Below are positions 31,333 to 32,000 of a stretch of 32,000 nucleotides of DNA, one piece after another. Position numbers and translations under genes: made by a program. Source of the DNA: Pyrobaculum calidifontis JCM 11548 (GTDB taxonomy: Archaea; Thermoproteota; Thermoprotei; Thermoproteales; Thermoproteaceae); the NCBI RefSeq assembly GCF_000015805.1, contig NC_009073.1, forward strand, positions 1,260,001-1,292,000, read 5' to 3'. The notes beneath the pieces are model-generated. The model ran no database searches and was not told the origin of the DNA. It saw only the letters and a list, made by a program, of their open reading frames with translations. Within the stretch, counting starts at the first letter, position 1, and each line of letters opens with the position of its first letter.

Positions 31333-31369
31333 GCCCCATTTTACCTCATGCAAATATAAAAGTTACCCC

Positions 31370-32000
31370 CTACCCCCGCCCTCTGAAGCCCACGGCCAAC
31401 AGAAGCGCGAGGACCAGCCCCAGGGCCGCGCTTGGCCAAAGCCACGGCAGTGCCGTGTACAAGAAGTGTGCAACGGCCGCCGACAGCACGCCGAAGGAGG
31501 TGGAGAGGGGGATTTGGTCGAGGAGGCGCTTGCTCTGCCTAGCCGCAACTGCGCCCGGCATTACTAAGAGCACCGCCGGCATCAAGGCGCCGAGGGCGTA
31601 GATGCCCGCCGCCGCGGCTATAGACATGGAGAAGACGTAGCCGAAGTCGTACAACCCCACGCGGATTCCCACGGCCCGGGCATACTGTTCATCCACCGCG
31701 GCGTAGAGGTACTTTACCCCAAACGCTAAAGGGAACACCGCCGCGGCCGCCAGCAGGGGGGCCTGCTGCGCCACGTCTCTAGGCGTAATCAACACGTACT
31801 CCCCCGTCAACACCGCGAGGGGGTCCACAACGGCGGCGTATACTAGCCTCACTAGGTATAGGAGGGCCACCGTGGCCGACACTTGCAACGACATGACTAC
31901 GCCGGTGGCCACGTCGCGGGCATACCCGAGCCTTTCCACCGCGAGCACGGCGAAGTTTAACAAAACCATGGCCACTAGGGTAAAGGCCAGGAAGAGCGGC
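31370..32000 (-). CDS. znuB: ABC-3 family (ZnuB/TroCD-like) metal transporter permease; 5' end lies beyond the right edge
   Basis: The frame is open to nt 32000 (..PLFLAFTLVAMVLLNF...). Polytopic, with AAVDEQYARAVGIRVGLYDF and LLVMPGAVAARQ blocks typical of ABC-3 permeases. Confidence 0.75.
   Translation of the reverse strand, partial: PLFLAFTLVAMVLLNFAVLAVERLGYARDVATGVVMSLQVSATVALLYLVRLVYAAVVDPLAVLTGEYVLITPRDVAQQAPLLAAAAVFPLAFGVKYLYAAVDEQYARAVGIRVGLYDFGYVFSMSIAAAAGIYALGALMPAVLLVMPGAVAARQSKRLLDQIPLSTSFGVLSAAVAHFLYTALPWLWPSAALGLVLALLLAVGFRGRG

Noticed and set aside
1-32000. CRISPR arrays, rRNA or tRNA genes, IS elements with terminal inverted repeats
   Set aside because: I saw no regularly spaced direct repeats, no cloverleaf-compatible segments in the intergenic regions and no transposase-like ORF. 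The only tandem repeats are in-frame, low-complexity coding repeats.

Overview
GC-rich window (about 60-70% GC in typical coding stretches), densely coded, with the hallmarks of a hyperthermophilic crenarchaeon of the Thermoproteaceae (Pyrobaculum/Thermoproteus-like). Evidence for that: two PaREP1-family paralogs, TATA boxes 22-30 nt upstream of start codons (leaderless first genes), and ATGA-type overlaps inside operons. No rRNA, tRNA, CRISPR array or intact transposase was recognised. Gene content from left to right: (1) a type IV pilus-like locus, with a FlaI/TadA-type ATPase flanked by two single-domain TadB/C-like membrane genes, followed by a small protein and a two-domain KaiC-like ATPase; (2) PaREP1, a small Rieske protein, a ZIP metal importer and a glycosylase-like gene; (3) a short AT-rich accessory patch with toxin-antitoxin-like genes, two of them broken by frameshifts; (4) a trehalose supercluster: a CUT1 sugar ABC transporter, TreT, a putative mechanosensitive-channel-like protein, a GT4 glycosyltransferase and a fused TPS/TPP (TPSP); (5) a methyltransferase, VapBC, a ZnuA-like binding protein and NreA; (6) an arsenite-oxidase-like aioB-aioA pair; (7) a LysE exporter plus a radical SAM/SPASM enzyme, a second PaREP1, a doubly membrane-anchored coiled-coil protein and a ZnuB-like permease cut by the right edge. 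The observations most worth follow-up are the split-platform pilus/KaiC locus, the clustering of two trehalose synthesis routes with a transporter and channel, homopolymer-associated frameshifts, a promoter motif shared by two metal-uptake genes, minimal bidirectional promoters, the rSAM/SPASM-LysE pair, and the unusually long AioA. All family assignments come from motifs read by eye. No database search was run.
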